A stretch of 64,000 nucleotides of DNA from a virus (IMGVR_UViG_3300032312_001225:1187-65186), one strand, 5' to 3'. Shown: positions 18,323 to 26,934, counted from the first letter of the stretch. Numbers and translations: made by a program. The notes: generated from the letters alone by a model not told the origin.

Positions 18323-20053
18323 ATGAGATACAAACAAATTTTACCCGAAGCCGCAATAAATTTAGAAAATTTTGAATCACGAAATCCTAATTACTGGCGG
18401 AATCTAATCAATCTTATTAAAAATAAACAGCCAGTCACCTTGAGAATTAAAAAAGGTAAAGGTATCCCCGATGAGATTATTGATGTAACATTCCCTGCTC
18501 CTGTCGCCAAACAACTAGAAAACATTTGGAATCCAACCGGCACAGATCCAAAAGAAACAGCAACGCCAAACCAAATATCTCAAATGCAAGCATTCCGCAT
18601 GATAGATTCCGCTGGTGACGCATATAAATTAAATCAAATTGAAAAAACCAAAGATATAAAACAAAAAATTGGTGCTGAAGGCGAAGAATCAAATAGTAAA
18701 TGGTGGAACAAAGGTAACGTTGCAGAAGGTATTATGAGTTGTGCGGTCATTACCAAATTTGAAAATCCCACTAAACAGTTGCAAGGCCAGGATGTATTTA
18801 AAACTGTGCAAAAAATAACAGAAGGTAACTATCTTACAAAATCATTTGGTAAAAAATTACAATTACGTATTGTTTTAAGTCGCAATGATTATCGTGCATT
18901 AGAGATGTCGGCTAAGCAACCTCAAGAGTTTATTAAATTTGAAAACTCAACTGAAATATACAGGTTGTACGAAGATTGTGCAACTTATGTAAACGATTCG
19001 TCAAATGTTTTTACCGCTATAGAAAAAATACGACAGGCAAATACAAACGATGTGATTGAAGTCACTGCCGATGGCGCTACAGCTGAAGCTCAACACAGTA
19101 CTAAAGCAGATTTATGGATCGCTCTTGGTGGAAAGAAAGAACGACTATTAAGTATTAAAACCGCAACAGTAAAACATATTGGTGCAGTAAGTGGATACGA
19201 ATTTGATCACGTTGATAAATTCTTTAGAAGTGTAGTTAATTTTGATTTGCCGGACGAGTTCCGTAAAAAATTTAAAAAAGCTCCTCCAACACAATACCTA
19301 CCCGGCCCAGATGGCAAAGCAGACAAGACTCAGCCAAACCCAGAATATGTTAAGATGTCTCAAGCTGAACGCTCGGCAGTAATTCAAACAGCAATGAATT
19401 ATAACTATACAGCACTTAAAGCTGTTTATACTTGGGTGTATAAGGAAATTAATCGTCGTCTCAAAGGCGATAATACCAAGAGCGAGTACGACTTTGTGAC
19501 AGAAGTCACCAAAGGAGTTGTACACCATGCTACCTTGGGTGAGGATATCAGAGTTGTAGTTATTAGTCCCAGTGCAAAAAAAGCCTATACAGAATTACAA
19601 TTTGGTACAGAGTTATACAAAGCATTAGAGTCCTATGATCTAGTTCCTGTGCTCGATGTAGAAAAAACCAATTATAAATTATTAGTTTATGGCTATCCAA
19701 AAGATCAAAAAGCCAAACGAGTCAACAATGATAAAAGTATGTTTGTACAAATGCGTTCCTATTTGCAAGATGGTGCAGCTAGAAACGTAGTTGAAATTGG
19801 TGGTCTTTTAAAAGATCTTGCTGATGTTCAAAAATTAGAAACGCCACAAGTTCAAGCCACACCAGCACCGCAACAAAAAGTTGCTCCAACAAAAATACCC
19901 GCTAAGGCAACACCAGAACCGGTTGCACCAGCAATGCCAACACCAGCTGTTCCCGATATTGAGCCAGACGTAGAAGAACCAGAAATTGATTCAACAACAC
20001 CTGCGCCAAGACAACGTAGAACTGCTACTCAACCGGTTAGACCGCGCCGTTAA
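18323..20053 (+). CDS. large hypothetical protein, putative internal head protein with a PD-(D/E)xK-like motif
   Basis: Starts MRYKQILPEAA; GNVAEG...TKADLW...LSIK; Pro/Thr-rich tail; start 18323 (ORF track 18239). Confidence 0.5.
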   Translation: MRYKQILPEAAINLENFESRNPNYWRNLINLIKNKQPVTLRIKKGKGIPDEIIDVTFPAPVAKQLENIWNPTGTDPKETATPNQISQMQAFRMIDSAGDAYKLNQIEKTKDIKQKIGAEGEESNSKWWNKGNVAEGIMSCAVITKFENPTKQLQGQDVFKTVQKITEGNYLTKSFGKKLQLRIVLSRNDYRALEMSAKQPQEFIKFENSTEIYRLYEDCATYVNDSSNVFTAIEKIRQANTNDVIEVTADGATAEAQHSTKADLWIALGGKKERLLSIKTATVKHIGAVSGYEFDHVDKFFRSVVNFDLPDEFRKKFKKAPPTQYLPGPDGKADKTQPNPEYVKMSQAERSAVIQTAMNYNYTALKAVYTWVYKEINRRLKGDNTKSEYDFVTEVTKGVVHHATLGEDIRVVVISPSAKKAYTELQFGTELYKALESYDLVPVLDVEKTNYKLLVYGYPKDQKAKRVNNDKSMFVQMRSYLQDGAARNVVEIGGLLKDLADVQKLETPQVQATPAPQQKVAPTKIPAKATPEPVAPAMPTPAVPDIEPDVEEPEIDSTTPAPRQRRTATQPVRPRR

Positions 20054-20058
20054 ATCGT

Positions 20059-20087
20059 TTGACCTTTAATCACAATTAGTATATAAT
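20059..20087 (+). promoter_or_regulatory. sigma70-like promoter
   Basis: TTGACC-17-TATAAT directly before tRNA-Ile2. Confidence 0.75.
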
Positions 20088-20095
20088 ACAAGCAT

Positions 20096-20174
20096 GGGCC
20101 TTTAGCTCACGCTTGGTTAGAGCACCCGACTCATAATCGGTAGGTACTGTGTTCGACTCACAGAAGGCCCACCA
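20096..20174 (+). tRNA. tRNA-Ile2 (CAU, lysidine type)
   Basis: GGGCCTT/AAGGCCC acceptor, CCGA-CTCATAA-TCGG anticodon arm, A73, CCA; body resembles bacterial ileX-type rather than Met tRNAs. Confidence 0.8.
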
Positions 20175-20190
20175 GATTAAGCATTAACAC

Positions 20191-20275
20191 GCCCAGATGG
20201 TGGAATTGGTATACACGCTGGTCTTAGAAGCCAGTGCCGCAAGGCTTAAGAGTTCGAGTCTCTTTCTGGGCACCA
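20191..20275 (+). tRNA. tRNA-Leu (UAG)
   Basis: CTGGT-CTTAGAA-GCCAG, long variable arm, A73, CCA. Confidence 0.92.
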
Positions 20276-20311
20276 ATCAAAATAATTTCATATTAACTTA
20301 AGGAGAAGTAC

Positions 20312-20851
20312 ATGAAAACAGTAGGACATAAAATTGAACCGTTTGTAGTAACCGGAGTCCGGCCAGGACAACCAGAAGACGCTTTCTTTGACATCACAGA
20401 GAAGTCATTTGAAGGCAAGTGGAAAGTGATCGTTTACTATCCAAAAGATTTTACATTTGTATGCCCAACAGAAATTGTTGCATACGATAAACTAACAGGT
20501 GACTTCGCCGACCGTGATGCTGTATTGCTCACAGGTAGCACAGACAACGAGTTCTGCAAAGTCAGCTGGCAAACAGCACACAGTGATTTGAAGAAGATTA
20601 CACACAATCAGTTCGCAGACACACAGCGTGGTGAGTTGAGCTTGATTGAACAGCTGGGTGTGTTCTATGCTCCAGCAGGTGCCGCACTTCGTGCAACGTT
20701 CATTGTGGATCCAGACAACGTTATCCAGCACGTTACTGTCAACAACTTGAACGTGGGTCGTAGCCCAGAAGAAACTCTGCGTGTATTAGACGCATTGCAA
20801 ACTGGCGAGCTATGTGCTTGTAACCGTACAGTTGGCGGCGCGACACTTTGA
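20312..20851 (+). CDS. ahpC: alkyl hydroperoxide reductase C (2-Cys peroxiredoxin)
   Basis: YPKDFTFVCPTEI, GRSPEETLRVLDALQTGELC; AAGGAG RBS. Confidence 0.93.
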   Translation: MKTVGHKIEPFVVTGVRPGQPEDAFFDITEKSFEGKWKVIVYYPKDFTFVCPTEIVAYDKLTGDFADRDAVLLTGSTDNEFCKVSWQTAHSDLKKITHNQFADTQRGELSLIEQLGVFYAPAGAALRATFIVDPDNVIQHVTVNNLNVGRSPEETLRVLDALQTGELCACNRTVGGATL

Positions 20852-21051
20852 TGGAAACCAGGACAAGGACTTTAGTTAAAACTGTCATCTATAGGATTTG
20901 GGTCATATGCTCAACCTACGTGATGCTGTTGATAACAGGACAAAGTCTGACACAGGCCCTTGTTCCTACTATTGTTATAAATTGTGTCTGGATGACATCA
21001 TACTATCTGTATGATAGACTTTGGGCACATATTACTTGGGGAAGAAAATGA
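20848..21051 (+). CDS. small membrane protein (DUF2061-like)
   Basis: ETRTRTLVKTVIYRIW...YYLYDRLWAHITWG; two hydrophobic segments. Confidence 0.6.
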   Translation: MMETRTRTLVKTVIYRIWVICSTYVMLLITGQSLTQALVPTIVINCVWMTSYYLYDRLWAHITWGRK

Positions 21052-21557
21052 GTTTTATTGAAACAGTAAAAGGCGCATTACCAGACTACGCCAAAGACAC
21101 CAAGTTAAATCTTGATGCTGTTCTTTTGCGTAGTACATTGGATGCAGATGTGGCCATGGGCTGTGCTGTGGCCGCACTGGCCGCAACAGGCAACGGAAAG
21201 GTACTTGCTGTCATGTTGGCCGATGCTCCTGTCCACGCAGACTCTGCAATGACGGCGGCCTCAATCATGGCACAGAACAATGTATGGTATCCATATGTTG
21301 AAATGGCTGATGATCCCAACCTCACTGGCCTGCCAGCACAGTTGCGTATGAATGCTATTGCCAGCCACGGCGGAACTACCAAGGCAAACTTTGAAGCGTT
21401 TAGTCTTGCTGCCAGTATTGTGGGCAAGTGCCACTTTTGTGTTCGATCACATTACGAAACACTGAAGAACGCTGAAGGCTACACAGTGGAACAACTTCGT
21501 GACATCGGCCGTATTGCGTCAGTTATGAACAGCGTAGCAAAAGTTTTAAACAGTTAA
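21048..21557 (+). CDS. ahpD: alkylhydroperoxidase AhpD
   Basis: LPDYAKDTKLNL, MAQNNVWY, SIVGKCHFCV (CxxC). Confidence 0.9.
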   Translation: MSFIETVKGALPDYAKDTKLNLDAVLLRSTLDADVAMGCAVAALAATGNGKVLAVMLADAPVHADSAMTAASIMAQNNVWYPYVEMADDPNLTGLPAQLRMNAIASHGGTTKANFEAFSLAASIVGKCHFCVRSHYETLKNAEGYTVEQLRDIGRIASVMNSVAKVLNS

Positions 21558-21565
21558 TTCTATAA

Positions 21566-22756
21566 TTGATGCAGTACACCATTGAACAAAATCCCAAATT
21601 AGGCTTTTACCAAGTTGGAGATACTAGATATTACAGCAAGGTAGAAGCCCTAATAGCAGGCACAAAAGCCAACACCTTTCCTGAGTGGCATTTTAATCGT
21701 ACAGTATTTGATGCTCATAATTGGCTAGCAGAACCCGAAACTGATCTACAACAGTTGTATCGACAACGAGCACAACAAATTAGAGATGAATACGATTACA
21801 TTCGTTTAGAGCTTAGTGGCGGTGCCGATGGCAACACAGTATTGTATGCATTTTTACTCAACAACATTCACCTGGACGAAGTGGTATTTCGTTATCCCAA
21901 GACAGGTGAAAAGAATGTATCAGCAGACCCTTTCAATACCAAACCAGAAAATACTCTAAGCGAGTGGCAGTATGCAGCCAAGCCCACACTAGATTGGATT
22001 GCTACCAATTACCCTCAAGTTAAAATCACTGTACACGACTATAGTGAAGACATGCTAGCCAGTGAGCATGATGAGTCATGGGTGTTTAAGACCAGAGATT
22101 ATTTTCAACCTGGGCATCCTTTCAAACATACAGTTGATGCAGTACATGAACACAAAATACTGTTAGACTCCGGTCAACGTGTGTGTATGCTGTGGGGTGT
22201 TGACAAGCCCAAAGTGTGTATTAAGGATAGTAAGTGGTACCTGTACTTCATGGACATCCAGGCCAATGCTGCCAACCCTGACATCAAGCACTATACCAAT
22301 ATTGCCAATGTGTATTTCTTTTGGGCACCAGACTTGCCCGATCTAGTTTGTAAACAGGCACACACAATAAAAAACTGGTTCAATCAAGAATCAAATAAAT
22401 ATCTACAGCACTTGGTACGTTGGCCCAACTACAGTTTTGCACAGCGTACCACATTCGAACACATTGTTAAACCCCTAATTTATCCCGACTACGATCCCAC
22501 AACGTTTCAAACCAGCAAGCCCACAAACAGTTTTTACAACGAAATGGACTATTGGTTTTACACAAACTTTCAGGATACTCATGCGTATCGAGCATGGCAA
22601 GCCGGACATAAATTATTAACTGATTCGATAGATGCCAAGTATTTCAATTACGAAATGGGTCGAGCAGTGGGCTTTGTGGGATTTATCAGTCCATTTTATT
22701 ACTTGGGCGATGCAGCATATCAAGAATCTGGACGTAACGTACATTACAAATTTTAA
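21566..22756 (+). CDS. PP-loop (adenine nucleotide alpha-hydrolase-like) protein of unknown function
   Basis: LELSGGADG PP-loop variant; full-length paralogue of 28954-30249. Confidence 0.6.
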   Translation: MMQYTIEQNPKLGFYQVGDTRYYSKVEALIAGTKANTFPEWHFNRTVFDAHNWLAEPETDLQQLYRQRAQQIRDEYDYIRLELSGGADGNTVLYAFLLNNIHLDEVVFRYPKTGEKNVSADPFNTKPENTLSEWQYAAKPTLDWIATNYPQVKITVHDYSEDMLASEHDESWVFKTRDYFQPGHPFKHTVDAVHEHKILLDSGQRVCMLWGVDKPKVCIKDSKWYLYFMDIQANAANPDIKHYTNIANVYFFWAPDLPDLVCKQAHTIKNWFNQESNKYLQHLVRWPNYSFAQRTTFEHIVKPLIYPDYDPTTFQTSKPTNSFYNEMDYWFYTNFQDTHAYRAWQAGHKLLTDSIDAKYFNYEMGRAVGFVGFISPFYYLGDAAYQESGRNVHYKF

Positions 22757-22764
22757 GGAAAAAA

Positions 22765-23679
22765 ATGAAAAAACTATTAGCAGTTGTATTAGCAACACTT
22801 TCTCTGTCAGTGTCGGCACAAAAAGAAACAATCACCATGTACTACTCATGGACCGCCGCAGACACAGCCGCAAACTTTTATCGCACCTTAGCAGATGAAA
22901 GTAACAAACTTCAAAACAAATACAATTTTATCTTTGATGCCAAACCTGGTGCAGGTGGCACAGTTGCGGCTGCAGCAACATTAAACAATCCCAACTCAAT
23001 CTGGATCAATAGTTCGGCGGCGTTTATCCGCCCTAACCTGTTCCCAAACGAAAGTCACGACATGAGTCAGTTTAGAAGTCTAATGCCCATGTGTGTTGCT
23101 CCGTTTGTGGTTACAAGCACAAAGTATAAATCTTGGAAAGATGTTCCTCAAGATGCCAAGTTAAGCATTGGTATCAGTGGATTGGGTGCAACCACTCACT
23201 TGGTAGCATTGCAAGTGGCCACGCAGTATCCAAACATGCAGATTGTGCCGTTCAAGAGTACCAGCGAAGCATTGTTGTCTACGCTATCCGGTAACACCGA
23301 TTTTGCTGTGGGTTTTATTGGTGATAGTGAACAGTACACCAAACCCGATGCCTCCAAGCGTGTGTACCAATTGGGCATGACTGGCAAACAAAGCATCAAA
23401 GGCATTCCGTTGTTAAAAGATCAGGGTTTTCCAGCAGTGATATCAGACATGAGCACACCGCAACAGATCTTTATCCCACGCAAATTCCCAGAAGAAAAGT
23501 TCCTGGAAATTCGCAAGATTTTTGTAGAAGCTGCACGTAGCAAAAGTGTACGTGATGCCAATGCCGCAGATAACTGTGTGCCCAACAATCAGATTCCCAC
23601 AGCTGAGCTAGACAACTGGTACAACAGTCAGCTGGTGCTATGGCGCCGTTTGAGTGCCACAGTTAAACTGGACAAATAA
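22765..23679 (+). CDS. Bug/TctC-type tripartite tricarboxylate transporter substrate-binding protein
   Basis: Signal peptide MKKLLAVVLATLSLSVSA; KPGAGG; SGLGATTHL; VPFKS...LSGNTD. Confidence 0.8.
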   Translation: MKKLLAVVLATLSLSVSAQKETITMYYSWTAADTAANFYRTLADESNKLQNKYNFIFDAKPGAGGTVAAAATLNNPNSIWINSSAAFIRPNLFPNESHDMSQFRSLMPMCVAPFVVTSTKYKSWKDVPQDAKLSIGISGLGATTHLVALQVATQYPNMQIVPFKSTSEALLSTLSGNTDFAVGFIGDSEQYTKPDASKRVYQLGMTGKQSIKGIPLLKDQGFPAVISDMSTPQQIFIPRKFPEEKFLEIRKIFVEAARSKSVRDANAADNCVPNNQIPTAELDNWYNSQLVLWRRLSATVKLDK

Positions 23680-23803
23680 AAAAAAAAGCTAAATAATTAA
23701 AGCAACGCCGACATTCAGTTGACGTCAGACGCCTAGGGTAACTACCCTTTTACCGGTGTGTTACACTGGAACGCCGCCAAAAAAAATTATAAAGGAAATA
23801 CAC

Positions 23804-24289
23804 ATGAAAACTACTAAAATCCGTTGGGTAATCGCACACGAGCCACTGAGCCTATTTGTACGTGCAGCAGAAGACTTCCAACGCTTTGTAAACGAAGCTC
23901 AAAGTGCAGAAAAGATCGAAGTTGAAGTTATGACACTGAGCGAGTACAGCATGAAGTACAATGACGGCGTCATGGTTACCAAACACGATCTACTAGACCT
24001 AATGGAACAGGGCAAGATTGAAATGAGCCAAATGTACACCACATGGTTGGCTGAAGATATCGAGCACGATATGTTGGCCCTAGAAATGCCATTTATTTTT
24101 GAAGATCACGACCATGCAACTCGTGTGTTAGAGGGTGAAGTTGGCGAGTATCTACTAGACAAGATTACAGAAAAATCCAATGTTCGCGGTATGGCATTTA
24201 CATACTCAGGCGGTTTCCGTAATGTTATTGCTAACAAAAAGGTAAGTACTCTAAAAGATCTAGCTGGTAAAGATGAAGATCAGAACTAA
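23804..24289 (+). CDS. DctP-like TRAP solute-binding protein, N-terminal half (no signal peptide)
   Basis: LALEMPFIFEDHDHA, YSGGFRNV...TLKDLAG, then out of frame with the C-half; AAGGA RBS before 23804. Confidence 0.75.
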   Translation: MKTTKIRWVIAHEPLSLFVRAAEDFQRFVNEAQSAEKIEVEVMTLSEYSMKYNDGVMVTKHDLLDLMEQGKIEMSQMYTTWLAEDIEHDMLALEMPFIFEDHDHATRVLEGEVGEYLLDKITEKSNVRGMAFTYSGGFRNVIANKKVSTLKDLAGKDEDQN

Positions 24290-24761
24290 TCGTAATCCTG
24301 TGGCCCAGGACACGTTTCGGGCAATAGGGATTGAAGATCCCTTTGTTTGCGAAATAGAAGATCTTGGAAAACATATAGAAGCAGGTGACTGTGAAGGCGG
24401 AGAAGGTATATACAGTCGTATCTATCCTTTGGGTCAAGACCGAGTCACCAAATCAGTTTTAAATACTGAGCATAGCTTGTTCCTGACCACCATGATCATG
24501 CGTGACGACTTCTGGCAAACATTAAGTCCAGAAGTTCGTGCAGTGATCAAAGAAGCAGCAATCCGAGCTGGTCGCAAGGAACGATTGACAACAATCGAAG
24601 ATGGACTTGACGCTAGAGCCAAACTGATTGCCGACGGAATTGAAGTTCATGAACTAAGTGACGAAGAACGTGCTGAGTTTAAATCAAAAACCCGGGTAGT
24701 ATATGACAAGCATGAGCCAACATTTACACCCGGTCTAATTGATCGAATCAAAAAGGCATAG
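24273..24761 (+). CDS. DctP-like protein, C-terminal half, copy 1
   Basis: MKIRTNRNPVAQ...HSLFLTTMIMRDDFWQTLSPEVRAVIKEAA; starts exactly at the DctP 'KIR' hinge motif. Confidence 0.75.
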   Translation: MKIRTNRNPVAQDTFRAIGIEDPFVCEIEDLGKHIEAGDCEGGEGIYSRIYPLGQDRVTKSVLNTEHSLFLTTMIMRDDFWQTLSPEVRAVIKEAAIRAGRKERLTTIEDGLDARAKLIADGIEVHELSDEERAEFKSKTRVVYDKHEPTFTPGLIDRIKKA

Positions 24762-24762
24762 A

Positions 24763-25248
24763 ATGAAGATCAGAACCAATCGTAATCCTGTGGCACAAGA
24801 AACAATGCGAGTGTTGGGTGCTGATATATTTGTTTGCGAAACAGAAGACACTCGTGCCCATATCATTGATGGCGACTGTGATGGCGGAGAAACTGTTTAC
24901 AGTCGTATCTATCCATTAGGACAAAATGACGTAAGCAAAACAGTATTAGACACCAAACACAGTTTATTTTTAACCACCATGATCATGCGTGATGACTTCT
25001 GGAAGACATTGAGTCCAGAAGTTCAAGCTGTGATCAAGGATTCTGCTATCAAGGCAGGACGTAGAGAACGTGAAGTAACTATACAAGATGGTGAGGATGC
25101 CAAACAGCAATTGGTTGCTGATGGTATTGATGTTATTGAACTTTCCAAAGAAGAAACAGCCGAGTGGAAGGAAAAAGCTCAAGCAGTTTATGAAAAGTTT
25201 GAACCAACATTCTCACCTGGCTTGATTGATAAAATTAAAAAGGCTTAA
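24763..25248 (+). CDS. DctP-like protein, C-terminal half, copy 2
   Basis: MKIRTNRNPVAQ...HSLFLTTMIMRDDFWKTLSPEVQAVIKDSA; diverged tandem copy of 24273-24761. Confidence 0.75.
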   Translation: MKIRTNRNPVAQETMRVLGADIFVCETEDTRAHIIDGDCDGGETVYSRIYPLGQNDVSKTVLDTKHSLFLTTMIMRDDFWKTLSPEVQAVIKDSAIKAGRREREVTIQDGEDAKQQLVADGIDVIELSKEETAEWKEKAQAVYEKFEPTFSPGLIDKIKKA

Positions 25249-25251
25249 ATT

Positions 25252-25548
25252 ATGTTTACAAAAAAAGTTATAATTAAATGGCAAAGAGATCGGTATCTTA
25301 ACACCGGCATAGCGGATAGAGACGGTGATCAAACTGAGGCTTTGGCCGAACTTGATGCAAAAACTACTGAAATGGTTGCTGAGGGAAAAATGTCCGCGGA
25401 TGTCGTAGTTGGTGGAGAAGGTTCAACATTAATTTCAACTCGACTTGTAACCGATCAAGCAACTGCTGAGGAATGGATTTCTTTTAACGATACCTTTGCT
25501 ACCACATATGGATTTGTTAAAATCAGTTCAGAAATTAAGCCCAACTAA
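25252..25548 (+). CDS. hypothetical protein
   Basis: 98-aa ORF following the DctP halves. Confidence 0.5.
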   Translation: MFTKKVIIKWQRDRYLNTGIADRDGDQTEALAELDAKTTEMVAEGKMSADVVVGGEGSTLISTRLVTDQATAEEWISFNDTFATTYGFVKISSEIKPN

Positions 25549-25551
25549 CGG

Positions 25552-25581
25552 TTGACAATAAAGATAAATAATTGTATAATA
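25552..25581 (+). promoter_or_regulatory. sigma70-like promoter
   Basis: TTGACA-18-TATAAT. Confidence 0.75.
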
Positions 25582-25590
25582 TGAAAACTA

Positions 25591-25641
25591 TGAAACATTG
25601 CCTCTATTCAATTTATTCAACACTGGTGCTGTGTGTGCTAG
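25591..25641 (+). CDS. putative leader peptide MKHCLYSIYSHWCCVC
   Basis: Manual translation; begins ~9 nt after the -10 box; 4 Cys, 2 His, 2 Tyr, 1 Trp in 16 aa; upstream of alternative hairpins. Confidence 0.5.
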
Positions 25642-25715
25642 GCCGTTGGATTGACCGTAATTTAGAGCACATGAAGGGTTTTGGATAGAATTATACATAT
25701 TACCGTATTTTAATC

Positions 25716-25748
25716 AAAACCCTGGAACTAAACACTCCGGGGTTTTTT
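25716..25748 (+). terminator. intrinsic terminator (attenuator candidate)
   Basis: AAAACCCTGGA-ACTAAACAC-TCCGGGGTTTT plus T-run; the 5' arm can instead pair with AGGGTTTTG at 25675-25683. Confidence 0.75.
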
Positions 25749-25767
25749 GTTTATAAAGGAGAAGCAA

Positions 25768-25935
25768 ATGGAACGTAAAAGTAAAAAAGAGTTTTCGCAT
25801 TTTGTCCTCTCACACGAAGATAAAGCGGCGTTGATAGAAGCAAAGGTAGCAAGAGTAGAAGCACAAGCTAAGGCGTTGGCAGAACTTGCGAAAGCAAAGA
25901 ATTCTGCAAGGGGGTCGAAATACCCCACACGCTGA
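25768..25935 (+). CDS. small Lys/Ala-rich hypothetical protein
   Basis: AAGGAG RBS before the ATG at 25768; MERKSKKEF...AKALAELAKAK. Confidence 0.5.
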   Translation: MERKSKKEFSHFVLSHEDKAALIEAKVARVEAQAKALAELAKAKNSARGSKYPTR

Positions 25936-26097
25936 CAAATGGATCGAAGTCATGAAGGCAACTGGTACATTTTTTGGGCAGACTATTTACGATAAGCAGT
26001 AAGTATTGACGGGAAACGAGGTCCTGTGCCATACTATAAACAAGCACAAACGGGCGGAACTAGGGATGGAGCACTTCTTGTAGTGTGAAAAATCTAG

Positions 26098-26188
26098 TTA
26101 TAGTAAAGTGCTTTGGAGGAAACACAGCCAATACATACGCAGGTTCTCCTGATAAGAACTGAAACAGTACCAGAGTACTTTACTATAA
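26098..26188 (+). ncRNA. long hairpin enclosing an anticodon-arm-like element
   Basis: 19-bp stem TTATAGTAAAGTGCTTTGG / CCAGAGTACTTTACTATAA (2 G-U pairs) with internal GTTCT-CCTGATA-AGAAC; ends 3 nt before tRNA-Tyr. Confidence 0.45.
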
Positions 26189-26191
26189 AAC

Positions 26192-26275
26192 GGAGAAGAA
26201 GCATCAATGGTGATGCAGTGGACTGTAAATCCGCCGCCTATGGCACGACTGGTTCAATCCCAGTATTCTCCACCA
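26192..26275 (+). tRNA. tRNA-Tyr (GUA)
   Basis: GTGGA-CTGTAAA-TCCGC, long variable arm, A73, CCA. Confidence 0.9.
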
Positions 26276-26277
26276 AT

Positions 26278-26931
26278 TTATAAGTAACCGGGAGTGTCCA
26301 GGTTATAGTTTTTTAAATATTCTTTGCAATCTTGATATGTGCTATCAAACAACAAAATCTGTAGTATGTATCTATGTTGATTGGTCAAATTAATAATGCA
26401 ATGATCAATTCTGGTGTTAAACAACAATGGATAATACAAACGATACTCAGTTACCTCAACCTGATAATTAAGCCTGCATTCGGTGGGAAATCTGTGCAAT
26501 GTTTTTGAATTTGGCGTATCAGTAAGTAAAAAATTAATACAGCTTTTGTGTCCAGCCAGGTCCTGATGCCAATCATACAATGACCAGGGCGGGTTGTATA
26601 AGTAACGAGTTTTAATTTTACCAAGACTTTTTTGTAAATCGCTGGCAAATTTTGTGTTAATAAAACTACTTGATTGAATACATTGTATGGTTCTGGATGT
26701 AAGTGTATGTCTTTGTCCGTTTATCGGAATACCGTGTTGAACACAGTTGGGAGTTGGTGTTGGTGTTCCGTGATCTTTTAAATTTCCCATGCTGTCTTGA
26801 CTTGTAATGGGGTGACCCGGCGGATAATCAACACTGGGCCAAGAATAAACAGCATTTTGTGCTTCATTGATAAAATATTGATCAATTGGCGGCAAATGAT
26901 TCAAATGAAAATGTGTTTCTGATAGACTCAT
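26278..26931 (-). CDS. putative 2OG-Fe(II) dioxygenase/cupin-fold protein
   Basis: YDWHQD...DHCIIN...RYILQI (HxD...H); paralogue of 26935-27438. Confidence 0.5.
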   Translation of the reverse strand: MSLSETHFHLNHLPPIDQYFINEAQNAVYSWPSVDYPPGHPITSQDSMGNLKDHGTPTPTPNCVQHGIPINGQRHTLTSRTIQCIQSSSFINTKFASDLQKSLGKIKTRYLYNPPWSLYDWHQDLAGHKSCINFLLTDTPNSKTLHRFPTECRLNYQVEVTEYRLYYPLLFNTRIDHCIINLTNQHRYILQILLFDSTYQDCKEYLKNYNLDTPGYL

Positions 26932-26934
26932 AAA

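Noticed and set aside
24232-24243. -1 slippery site (AAC AAA AAG) to rejoin DctP
   Set aside because: The heptamer is imperfect, and the C-half is in the +1 frame, not -1.
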